A stretch of 64,000 nucleotides of DNA, taken from positions 2,511-66,510 of the forward strand of contig DASXEJ010000303.1 of the NCBI GenBank assembly GCA_036490175.1, read 5' to 3'. A program made the translations under genes and the position numbers. Below, in pieces: positions 53,260 through 61,997 of the stretch (its first letter is position 1; each line of letters opens with the position of its first letter). The notes below the pieces were generated by a model. That model was not told where the DNA came from. It made no database searches and saw only the letters and a program-made list of their open reading frames with translations. This DNA comes from Pirellulales bacterium (GTDB lineage Bacteria > Planctomycetota > Planctomycetia > Pirellulales > JACPPG01).

Positions 53260-53811
53260 ATGTCGCTAATTCGTCTTCGCTGGAGGCTGCTGTTGGCCTC
53301 GATCGTTGTCGTTAGCGTCACAACAGGATTGTCGCTGGGCAGCGACGACCATCCGAATGCGTCCGGGCAACAGCCGCAAAAAATCGCCGAAGATGGCGCG
53401 ATCGAAACGCCGCACTATGTTACTGAGACGTTGCGTGGTCGCCTGGTTTGGCTGGCGGAAGCGCTGAAGCGTCGTTTTGGGGTCGAAACCGATGCCGACG
53501 CCGCGGAGGCGGCGATTGCCATCGAGGCATCCGACGGAAAGCTGGTGCCTTTGGTCAAGGATTTTCACAGCCGCGGATTCTGGCTCGACCCAAGACTGCG
53601 TGCCGACGAAGTGGAGCTTGTCGTCCGCCGTTACGAGCAATCCCCAGCTGTGCAGCTAGTCAGATGGTATGCAATCCGCAAGGGGCGGAAATACGAAGTG
53701 GACTACTGGTGCGACATCTGCGCAATACCCATGTACGAACTGAAAACCTGCGACTGCTGCCAGGGAGAAATACGGCTGCGGGAACGGTTAGTCGAAGCAG
53801 ATGTCCCATAA
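53260..53811 (+). CDS. Exported/anchored protein with C-terminal CxxC...CxxC zinc-ribbon-like motif
   Basis: ATG 53260. N-terminal hydrophobic helix. C-terminal 'DYWCDICAIPMYELKTCDCCQGE'. Confidence 0.5.
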   Translation: MSLIRLRWRLLLASIVVVSVTTGLSLGSDDHPNASGQQPQKIAEDGAIETPHYVTETLRGRLVWLAEALKRRFGVETDADAAEAAIAIEASDGKLVPLVKDFHSRGFWLDPRLRADEVELVVRRYEQSPAVQLVRWYAIRKGRKYEVDYWCDICAIPMYELKTCDCCQGEIRLRERLVEADVP

Positions 53812-54049
53812 CGCCCGCTAGGCGGCCCGGGACGGGGTTATTGGCTTGTTTTTCCCTTGTTCGTGCCGGTATGGCGAGATATATGTAGCAATAGAGCACT
53901 CCGATGGGGGGATGGATCCCGTTCGCAGGCATTTACTCGACTAATTCACGCTCGAGATAGCTTCGCCTCCAAGGGCCCCACAGCCATATCGCGAGCAATA
54001 ATAGACAAGCGGCCCATCCTAATGGGCGAGGAAATCAGGAACACGATCT

Positions 54050-54625
54050 ATGGACCATGCAGATCACGATGAACCGATCGAAATCGCGATGGTGGGCGAC
54101 CTCACCGACAGTGAGAACGAATTGAGCAGTAAGCTGCTCGACGTCCAGCCCGGTGGCCAGTGCACTCTGTTCATCGATTCGCCTGGTGGCAGCCCCTACT
54201 CAGGTCTATCGCTGATGTCGCTGATCCTGTTGCGCGGCATTCGGGCCACTGGCATTGTGACGGGCGAGTGTTCGTCGGCCGCACTATGGCCCTTTGCCGC
54301 GTGCCGGCGCCGCATTGTCACTCCCTACAGCGTTTTGCTGTTTCATCCCATGAAATGGCAGAGCGAAGAGCACGTCGGACTGGCCGAAGCGGCGGAGTGG
54401 GCCCGACATTTCGGTCAGCTCGAAACTGAAATGGACCAGGTCTTGGCGAGCTTATTCAACGTTCCCGAGGACGAGATGTCTCGCTGGATCCGTCCGGGCA
54501 AGTACATTTCCGGGCGTGAACTGGCTGCGGCTGGCATGGCCGAGCTGGCTGATCTAAAGGTTCTCAAGCTCTTCGAGCGCAACGGTGCCAGTCCGGGGCG
54601 CAAGCGAACGAAGGCCATGCGTTAG
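54050..54625 (+). CDS. ClpP/crotonase-fold S14-like serine peptidase homologue
   Basis: 'LFIDSPGGSPYSGLSLMSLI' (ClpP: INSPGGSVTAGLAIYDTM), 'GECSSAALWPFAAC' (ClpP: GQAASMG) and 'VLLFHPM' (ClpP: IMIHQP). Confidence 0.6.
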   Translation: MDHADHDEPIEIAMVGDLTDSENELSSKLLDVQPGGQCTLFIDSPGGSPYSGLSLMSLILLRGIRATGIVTGECSSAALWPFAACRRRIVTPYSVLLFHPMKWQSEEHVGLAEAAEWARHFGQLETEMDQVLASLFNVPEDEMSRWIRPGKYISGRELAAAGMAELADLKVLKLFERNGASPGRKRTKAMR

Positions 54626-54719
54626 CGGACGATGTGCCCGTCGTTACAAGGCCGCTCCTTGCTGGGCCGTCGAATCGTCGCAAATTCGCATGTTGGCGGC
54701 CAGGGCTTAAACGTAGCGA

Positions 54720-55316
54720 TTAGTTGCGATCCCTTAGTAGCGCCACGATCAAGCGCAGTTCTCGCACGTCCTCACGCAGCTGCTCGATCTCGTAGCGCAC
54801 ATTCGACAGAGGAGATTCCGACGCCAGGTGCTTGGCCTTTTCGACCCGCATCTTGGCCAGTTCAAGGTCCGCCTGCAGGCGTTCCACTTCCTGCTTGCCG
54901 ATGGTGCCAGGCCGCTGTGCGTTGGCAGTGTCCGCCTTGCGGATTGATTCTTGTACGGCGCGCAAATCAGCCTCGGCGCTCGATACATACAGTGCCGCAT
55001 CACTCGTGTTGTCTCCTTCGGCCAAAGTGACGCGCTCTTGGGCGTCGCGGACATTTTCTTGAATGGCTTGAATCACACCGCGACGAATCGTGTTCGGTTG
55101 AAGGCGATTCGTCTGCTGATACTTGTCCAGCGTTGCTTCCATCAACCGCAGGTACGCCTTGGCATAGCGCACGTCGAGAGTCTTCTCCGCACCGGAAGCG
55201 TCTTCAGATGCGGGGGCATCGTCTTTTTGCTCCGCCTGCAGGGGCGCCCCGATCTGTACGCTCAGCCAACCACAGGCCACAAGAACTGGTACGAATATCC
55301 ACCGTCGGTTGTACAT
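54720..55316 (-). CDS. Exported coiled-coil hypothetical protein
   Basis: ATG 55316. Signal peptide MYNRRWIFVPVLVACGWLSVQIGAPLQA. Highly helical, charged sequence. Confidence 0.5.
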   Translation of the reverse strand: MYNRRWIFVPVLVACGWLSVQIGAPLQAEQKDDAPASEDASGAEKTLDVRYAKAYLRLMEATLDKYQQTNRLQPNTIRRGVIQAIQENVRDAQERVTLAEGDNTSDAALYVSSAEADLRAVQESIRKADTANAQRPGTIGKQEVERLQADLELAKMRVEKAKHLASESPLSNVRYEIEQLREDVRELRLIVALLRDRN

Positions 55317-55825
55317 AAATTGCGCCTCGATCCCTGAAAAATGGTACGTGCGTTTGTAACAGACCACGACTCACCGGCAATTTCGCGGACCTATAGCTTG
55401 CCGCTCGGCGGGCTAAGTTGCAACGCGTTTTTTAAATGTGGCGAGCCCGCTGTGATTTCGCGTGGCAATATTTGAGACCAACCATCTTCTGGGTGTGGCC
55501 CTGTGGGCATTGTAAGTCTGTCCGCCCATTCCAACGATCGGGCGAGCCCGCCGGGGTGCGCCAGAAACAGCCCCTCCTACAAAACCATTGCGCGATGGCT
55601 GAACTCCGCCCGAGTCTTGCAATTGTTAGCCGTGACGACTTAGAATCGTGGGAGTTGCCATTCTCCCATCGGGCAACGATTTAGTCTGCACAGAGTTCGC
55701 TCTTGTGCCCCTGTCCCACGACTTCGCCGCCGTGGTAAAACACAACTTCTCTTGTCGTTGACAGGGAAACTTGGGGTCGATTGTGCTTTAGGGATCTCAC
55801 TGCAAACCGTGCCCGATTCAAAACT

Positions 55826-56794
55826 ATGAAGACACCCGGTCATTGTTTCTCGCTGATGCACATTATGCATCGATCGTGTCCAGCGCTAGCCCTCTGTGCA
55901 GCAGTCGTGGCGACGTTGCTAGGGCCGACCAAGGTGTCGTCCCAGGAGGCCGCCAAAGGTTCCGTGGCGACGGGCGAGGAAGCCATCCGCAGTGCCACGG
56001 CCGCTTATCGCGAGGCAGTCGAGAACGGCGATGTCGACGCGGTGGCAAAATTCTGGACGCCGGATGCTGACTATGTCGACCATGCAGGACACGCATTCAA
56101 GATTCAGGCCGCGTTGGCAGCCGCACGAAATCGCGCGCAAACAGCGGGTCGCATCGCGCGTCCTCCTCTAAAGATCGAAACTTTGGCAGTTCGGCTTCTC
56201 AGCCCTGATGTCGCTGTGGAAGACGGCATTCTCGAACGGGCCGTCGCGGCCGGAGACGAGCCTGCTAAGAGTCGCTATTGTGCGGTGTGGGTGAAACGGG
56301 ACGGCAAGTGGCTCATTGACGGCGTTCGCGAGTCGGCCTACAGCCCGGTAACATCTTCCAATCATTTCGAAGGCCTCGATTGGTTAGTCGGTGACTGGTC
56401 GGCCGAAGGTCCACAATCCACAGCCGAAGCAACCTACATTTGGGGCCCCAAGAAAAGCTACCTCCTGCGTCAGCTTAAGCTGACGCCGAAAGGAGCCGAG
56501 CCGATTACCGCGACCCAATGGATCGGCTGGGATCCGGTACACGAGCATATCCGCTCGTTCGAGTTCGATTCCCAAGGCGGATTTCGCGACGGGGTTTGGA
56601 AAAGGGACAGTGACGACGCGTGGATTGTTTCCAGCACCACCGTCGCGGCAGACGGTCATGTCGGCACCGCGACAAGCGTCTACAGCCGCATTGACGACAA
56701 CACGGCAACTTGGGAGTTGGTAGACGAAGAGATGGATGGCGATCAGGGTTCGGAAATCCAAATGCGTGCCACCCGCAAACCACGCAGCAAATAA
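55826..56794 (+). CDS. Exported tandem SnoaL-like/DUF4440 (NTF2-fold) protein
   Basis: 'IRSATAAYREAVENGDVDAVAKFWTPDADYVD...YCAVWVKRDGKWLI' is DUF4440-like. The second half is similar. Confidence 0.55.
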   Translation: MKTPGHCFSLMHIMHRSCPALALCAAVVATLLGPTKVSSQEAAKGSVATGEEAIRSATAAYREAVENGDVDAVAKFWTPDADYVDHAGHAFKIQAALAAARNRAQTAGRIARPPLKIETLAVRLLSPDVAVEDGILERAVAAGDEPAKSRYCAVWVKRDGKWLIDGVRESAYSPVTSSNHFEGLDWLVGDWSAEGPQSTAEATYIWGPKKSYLLRQLKLTPKGAEPITATQWIGWDPVHEHIRSFEFDSQGGFRDGVWKRDSDDAWIVSSTTVAADGHVGTATSVYSRIDDNTATWELVDEEMDGDQGSEIQMRATRKPRSK

Positions 56795-56807
56795 AGGCTT
56801 GAATCAC

Positions 56808-57677
56808 TTGATACGCAACAGCTCTCACAGCGCAGGCATTGAACGCAGTTCGACGCCAAATTACGGCGGCCGTGCCGTGCGGCTGCTCCCCACTTTGCTG
56901 GTCTTGCTGTGCGGGACGGCGGCGATCGGCCTGTGCTGTTTGTTGCCAAAGTCTTTGGCGGCGCAGGCCGGTGCAGCCAAGGGGAACGCACCGGCAACCA
57001 AGGCGCCGCGCAGTGCTCCTAGCGCGGGGGCGGCAACCGGTAAGGCTCCGGCGGCGGCGCCGGCTCGTCCGGCGGCCGACGACGCCGCCGCGCGGAACGA
57101 TATTTTGCAAAGCCGCAGCTGGCAAGACACGATGCAGCAATTCGATAACTGGCTTTCCAACCAGATACTGTACGACGATGACGAAGTTCGGCACATTCGC
57201 GCGCGATTGAATGCCGGGATCGGTCGGATGTCGGCCACGCAATTGGAAGTATTTCTGAACGACATGCGGCAGAAGCTGGCCATCCTGTCGAGCGACCGCG
57301 CTTTGGACGCGCAGGATTATTTGGCGGAAAAATTCCTGGTGGCGTCCGACGCGTACGCGCGGCGGATCCGTGAGCAATTGCCCGATCTGCTGTCGATGTC
57401 GCCAACACAGGTCGAACAGCGCCTGTCGATGTTCGCCGCGAAACGCCGGTCGCGTCAGCAAGCACAAGGCGCGTTTGAACAGAGTCGCGAGCGGCGCCTA
57501 ACCTCGAATACGGCGCAGGTGAAAGCTCGCCAGGAACACCGGCAACGGATCGCCACGCGGAGCACGGCTGCCACCGCGGCGGCATCGACGCCCAATGATT
57601 TCACACCGTCGCGCGATTATTTTCCCGACGTGGGTAACAACGGCCCGTCAATGGTCATTGGCGTCGGATTCTACTAA
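56808..57677 (+). CDS. Exported hypothetical protein (Ala-rich linker, helical C-terminus)
   Basis: Hydrophobic signal 'VRLLPTLLVLLCGTAAIGLCCLL'. The start is uncertain: the track start 56736 overlaps the upstream gene by 59 nt, and the in-frame TTG 56808 lies after the upstream stop. Confidence 0.45.
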   Translation: MIRNSSHSAGIERSSTPNYGGRAVRLLPTLLVLLCGTAAIGLCCLLPKSLAAQAGAAKGNAPATKAPRSAPSAGAATGKAPAAAPARPAADDAAARNDILQSRSWQDTMQQFDNWLSNQILYDDDEVRHIRARLNAGIGRMSATQLEVFLNDMRQKLAILSSDRALDAQDYLAEKFLVASDAYARRIREQLPDLLSMSPTQVEQRLSMFAAKRRSRQQAQGAFEQSRERRLTSNTAQVKARQEHRQRIATRSTAATAAASTPNDFTPSRDYFPDVGNNGPSMVIGVGFY

Positions 57678-57721
57678 AGGGCTGCGTCGCCCGCGATCAT
57701 GAATACGACTATTCCGCTCGC

Positions 57722-58294
57722 TCAGTTGGTTAGCACCCAATTATTGCGTAGCGTCTGCTTCATGTTTTCGAGTTCAGCCGGCGTCATGGGCGTTTGCTTT
57801 TTCAGCGCCTCTTGAGTGGCCTGGGCCTTTTCGACGCTGGCTTCTTGCACGAGACGTACGATGCCGTTGGCATCTTCCACGGCGAACCAGGTTGGTTCCA
57901 GTTTCAGACTGGCTGGATTTGTGGCGGGCAGACGCAATGTCATAAAGCCGCCCAGCGTTGGCTCCCGAAACCGAACGATCACAAACCCCTGTCCATTTCC
58001 CGAGATCCCCAAGATGTCGTCACGCTGGCCTGTTGTCGGCACCTTGACCGAGAAGAACTTTCCAGGCTGAACGACATAGCCGTCCGTCCATTTCACGCCA
58101 TCGCGGCGATGCAGTTGGAAGGTAAATGGCCGGGACGTGAGGTTGTAAAGACGCCCCTCGCCGGTGACGCGTGGCGGAACTGTGCCTTGGGCAAATGTGG
58201 AATGAGCTGCCCCCACCGCCAAGGAGAGCGACAATAACAGCCCCACTACGTTCTGTCGCACGTGATTATCCTTCATCGAAAGGCGTGGCATCAT
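57722..58294 (-). CDS. Exported hypothetical protein
   Basis: AAGGAGG lies immediately upstream of the ATGATG start. Signal peptide ...VVGLLLSLSLAVGAAHSTFA. Confidence 0.55.
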   Translation of the reverse strand: MMPRLSMKDNHVRQNVVGLLLSLSLAVGAAHSTFAQGTVPPRVTGEGRLYNLTSRPFTFQLHRRDGVKWTDGYVVQPGKFFSVKVPTTGQRDDILGISGNGQGFVIVRFREPTLGGFMTLRLPATNPASLKLEPTWFAVEDANGIVRLVQEASVEKAQATQEALKKQTPMTPAELENMKQTLRNNWVLTN

Positions 58295-58329
58295 TGTCCT
58301 CCTTTGGCAAGGGAACCCGCCGGGATTTG

Positions 58330-60081
58330 TTATTCACCGATTTTTACAAGCGCTTCGGCCGCCGCTTCGCGGACGGCCAGGCTATCGTCCGAAAGCGCCT
58401 TCTGCAGAGCCGATCGAGCAGGTTTTGCCTGCGCGCCTATGTCGCCCAAAGCCGCGGCCGCTTCGGTGCGCGCCAGATCAGTCTCTCCCTGAGTCACGAC
58501 ATTGGTCAGCTCCGGGACAGCGATCTGCACGATCTGGCTATCGTCCGGCTTGATGCGGAGGAGTGCCCAGATGCTGACCAATCGCAGCGTGCGGTCTTGC
58601 CCATCGATATACTTTCGCAAGGCGTCCACGGCGGCCGAGGCACCCGGGCCAATTTTTCCCAAGGCATAGGCCGCTGCCACGCGCACGTCTTCGTCCGAGT
58701 CGGCCAACAACGGTACGATCGCCGCCGTAGCTGCGGCGCTATCGGGGCCGATGCTCGCCAAAGTGAACAGCAGGTCGCGCCGCTCTTGGGCGTTCGCGCC
58801 CGGTAACGCCTCGGTCAACGGCGGCACGGCCAGCTTAGCCTCGGAACCCATTAGGGCGAGCACGCGCATCGCCTTATCACGCAGCCGCGGGTCGGCAAGT
58901 TTTTCGAGTAATCTTGGTACTGCGACCTGACCGAGAGAGGCTAACCCCGCATAAACATTGGCTTGCACCACAGGATCGGCATCTTCGAGTGCGGCCACAA
59001 GCGCCGTGCCAACCACCTCGGGCGGAGCGTTCAATTCCCAGAGGGCCTTGGCGGCCCCGCGGCGCACGTTAGCATCCTGGTTCTTGAGTGCAGCCACGAT
59101 AAGCTCGATGGCCGTGTTCAGAGATTCCTTATCGTCGGGCTTTAGCTTCGCGACGGCCCAGGCAGCTACCAGACTGAAAAAGGGATCCGGATCGTGCTCG
59201 GCTTTTTCGAGATCCGGCAAGGCAGCCGTGGCGCCAATCTTTCCCAACGAAAAGCCCGCAGCATAACGCACGGCAGGGGTCGCGTCGGCGAGGGTCTTAA
59301 TCAATGCCGGGGTAGCGGATACGGCATCTGGCCCAATTTCGCCTAGCGCCATCACGGCCTCCATGCGAACTTCCGGCTCGTCGTCGCTCAGCAGCGACGT
59401 TAGTTGAGGCACGGCGTCTTTCGCCTGGGGGCCCATTTCGGCGAGTGCAATGCAGGCCCAATAGCGGCCTTCCTTGTGCTTAAGGCCCTCGATCAGAGCC
59501 GGCACGGCCGCCGTGCCCCCTTCGGCCAAGGATTGCAAGGCGGGCATAACGACCGCGGGGTCGGCGTCTTCGAGCACTTGGACCAAGAGCGCAAACGTAT
59601 CTTTACCGACGGGGCGCAAACGGACGAGCGCCGAAATCGCGGCACGGCGCACGCGCGGATCGGGATCGGCCACCAGCCCCACCAAACCTTTGATCGCATC
59701 GTCCGACTTTTCGCCGATCAATCCCAACGCGCGGGCCGCGTGGCCCCGCACGCGCGGTTCTGTGTCTCCCAGCGCTTTCAGCAACGCGGGCACTGCGGAG
59801 GCGGCCTTCGGGCCTACGTCCCCTAGCGACCTGGCGGCGCGCCAGCGGGCGTCGGAATCGGGACCGGCGACTCGGGCAGTAAGAGTCGGCACGTCCGCTT
59901 CGGCAGCGAGATTTGCACTAGCCGACTCCGTGATTTTCGTGAGAGTCCCATCCGTTTGCGCGGAATCTTTCTTGCCGTCGGCCTGGCGCGCCGGCTCATT
60001 CTTCTGTGGAGCGCAGCCGAGAGGCGCCACAAGTACGACGGTCCCCAGGGCAATCAACGAAACTCGAATGATAGATTTCAC
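58330..60081 (-). CDS. HEAT-repeat lipoprotein
   Basis: More than 12 repeats of 'D.d..VR..AA.ALG.IG..A..AvP.L...L.d'. Start moved to GTG 60081 (VKSIIRVSLIALGTVVLVAPLGC lipobox, GAGGGG upstream). This removes the 173-nt overlap with the upstream gene. Confidence 0.75.
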   Translation of the reverse strand: MKSIIRVSLIALGTVVLVAPLGCAPQKNEPARQADGKKDSAQTDGTLTKITESASANLAAEADVPTLTARVAGPDSDARWRAARSLGDVGPKAASAVPALLKALGDTEPRVRGHAARALGLIGEKSDDAIKGLVGLVADPDPRVRRAAISALVRLRPVGKDTFALLVQVLEDADPAVVMPALQSLAEGGTAAVPALIEGLKHKEGRYWACIALAEMGPQAKDAVPQLTSLLSDDEPEVRMEAVMALGEIGPDAVSATPALIKTLADATPAVRYAAGFSLGKIGATAALPDLEKAEHDPDPFFSLVAAWAVAKLKPDDKESLNTAIELIVAALKNQDANVRRGAAKALWELNAPPEVVGTALVAALEDADPVVQANVYAGLASLGQVAVPRLLEKLADPRLRDKAMRVLALMGSEAKLAVPPLTEALPGANAQERRDLLFTLASIGPDSAAATAAIVPLLADSDEDVRVAAAYALGKIGPGASAAVDALRKYIDGQDRTLRLVSIWALLRIKPDDSQIVQIAVPELTNVVTQGETDLARTEAAAALGDIGAQAKPARSALQKALSDDSLAVREAAAEALVKIGE

Positions 60082-60169
60082 AACCCCTCGCTCGGTGATC
60101 GGCGCTTCGAAGTGTCGCCGCAAATCGCTAGAAACCGGCAATAACCCACGCCATTCGATGAACTCCGGT

Positions 60170-60799
60170 TCAACCGGTGGGAAACCGTACTTCGTACGCC
60201 AGGCTTTCCACGAACTTTCGTGCGCCAAGCCAATCATTAGGCTTGTATTGGGCGATGCTCTTCTTGAGTGTCGCCAGCAATTCGTCGGTATTCGTTTTGA
60301 TTTCTCGATAAACGTCTGGCGAAACCGATGTGGCCTCGGCACGCTTGCCGAAAAGCTTTTCCAATTGTTCGCGTTCCGACGCGTACTGCGACTCTTGCAA
60401 TATGACCGGCCAGTTAACCTCGCCGGTCAGTGGATCGAGTTCAGCCGAGGTGAGGCGTCGCGGCAGTCCCTGCCGGGCGTTACGGGCAATTTCTTCTTGC
60501 GAGAGACGGGGCGAGCGCTTCGATTCGCGATAGGCCCGGTTGGCCCTGCGCATCTGGTAGTAAGCTTCGGTCCACTGGACCCGGTTTTGAATGTCTTGCG
60601 AGCGGGCAGCGACATAGTTTTGTGCTGCCAGAGAGTCCATCAAATTCGCTTCGCCCGCCGAGCGAACGACGTCGGCAAAGCCGCGCTGATAGCCCTCTGC
60701 CGCTGTCGAGGCTCCAAAACCCGGCGCGAAGAATTGCGCCACCGCCGCGACGGGCGCCAGCATGCCCAGCCCAAGGAATGCCCAGCACAGCCGATTCAT
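60170..60799 (-). CDS. Exported hypothetical protein
   Basis: ATG 60799 preceded by GAGGAG. Signal peptide MNRLCWAFLGLGMLAPVAAVA. Confidence 0.55.
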   Translation of the reverse strand: MNRLCWAFLGLGMLAPVAAVAQFFAPGFGASTAAEGYQRGFADVVRSAGEANLMDSLAAQNYVAARSQDIQNRVQWTEAYYQMRRANRAYRESKRSPRLSQEEIARNARQGLPRRLTSAELDPLTGEVNWPVILQESQYASEREQLEKLFGKRAEATSVSPDVYREIKTNTDELLATLKKSIAQYKPNDWLGARKFVESLAYEVRFPTG

Positions 60800-60982
60800 T
60801 TTGATCTCCTCGCGCGAAAACTTTCGCTCTATGGGCCGGTCCCACGTGCGCGACGTAAACATAGACACACGGCTAAGAAGGCGAACGCCGAACGGCGTGC
60901 GAGCGCAAGTTTCGGCAGCGGACAAGGATCGAAGCGTTATTCTAGCTTTGAGAGCGCGAATGTCCACGCGCGCAATCGTCTG

Positions 60983-61732
60983 CTAGTTCTTTGCATCGCG
61001 GCGGGCTTGAGCGCGCTTGCCACTGGACTTCACATGACTTTTCAGGCGCGTTGTTTTGCCGCTACGGGCCACGCGTGAATGCTTGGCTGCGGTGGTGGCT
61101 TGCCGCTGTTTCGCTTCGTTGACGATTGCCGGAATCTTATGGCGCACTTTTGGCAGCACTGATTTCTTTGTTGAAACCGCGGGCGCAACGGCCTTTGCCG
61201 GCGCTGCCGCCTGGTTCACGGATACCGAGGGCTTAGCCGCCGACGCCGTCCCCTTGGTGGAGTGCGTCGAGACCTTGGCCGAGGGAACGGCCGAAGGCTT
61301 CGTCTCGGCTTTCGGCTCGCTATTGACTAGATCTTGCGCGGCAATCATCCCTTTGCGAACGGCCGCGCGCGTGGCCCGATGCTCTGCGCTACGATCCTGC
61401 TTGGATTTGGCCCGTGGCTTGTCGGCGGAATGATCGGCAGAGGAGTCGAGCGAAGCTAACCTGGCTTCGAAGCTCGCCAAGGCCTCGCGAAAGATCTCTC
61501 CTTTGAGCTTCGTGTTTGCTTCGATTTTGCCAAAGCCGACTTGACTGCTGTGCGCCCGCGATTGGCCCCGCTTCAAATCGCGCCACTTAGTCGTCAGTTT
61601 CCTTGCGCGGGCGGCCAGCTGCTTGACCTTGGCAGGGCTGAGAGCCTCGAGTTCGCCTTTGCGACTCGCCCGCACCAGCGCGGCCTCGGAATCTGTACAC
61701 AGCGTCTTCACTTTAGCAGCAGGGACTGTCAT
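60983..61732 (-). CDS. Basic Ala/Lys/Ser-rich protein (histone-H1-like composition)
   Basis: 249 aa. The C-terminal half is low-complexity and basic (AKPSVSVNQAAAPAKAVAPAVSTKKSVLPKVRHK...KSHVKSSGKRAQARRDAKN). Confidence 0.5.
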   Translation of the reverse strand: MTVPAAKVKTLCTDSEAALVRASRKGELEALSPAKVKQLAARARKLTTKWRDLKRGQSRAHSSQVGFGKIEANTKLKGEIFREALASFEARLASLDSSADHSADKPRAKSKQDRSAEHRATRAAVRKGMIAAQDLVNSEPKAETKPSAVPSAKVSTHSTKGTASAAKPSVSVNQAAAPAKAVAPAVSTKKSVLPKVRHKIPAIVNEAKQRQATTAAKHSRVARSGKTTRLKSHVKSSGKRAQARRDAKN

Positions 61733-61997
61733 CGCGGCGGTTCCCAGAAGGCTGGTCGATCAGAGTCAACGAAAGCATAGCATACGTCAGAAATGTATGC
61801 ATGTATCCGGCGCGATCTGAATCGGGTGACGCACAGCAGGCAGAGAGGCAAAATCACCGAATGCCTTGGACGGCGATTGCCGCTTGGGACAGGACGCGAT
61901 CAATGAATGGCTGGCGCTGCCCGATAGCGTCGACGCTACGCTACGCATAGAGTAACGACTGAGTTGTTCCCAGCGAGCTTGAACCGATCGATCCCCT

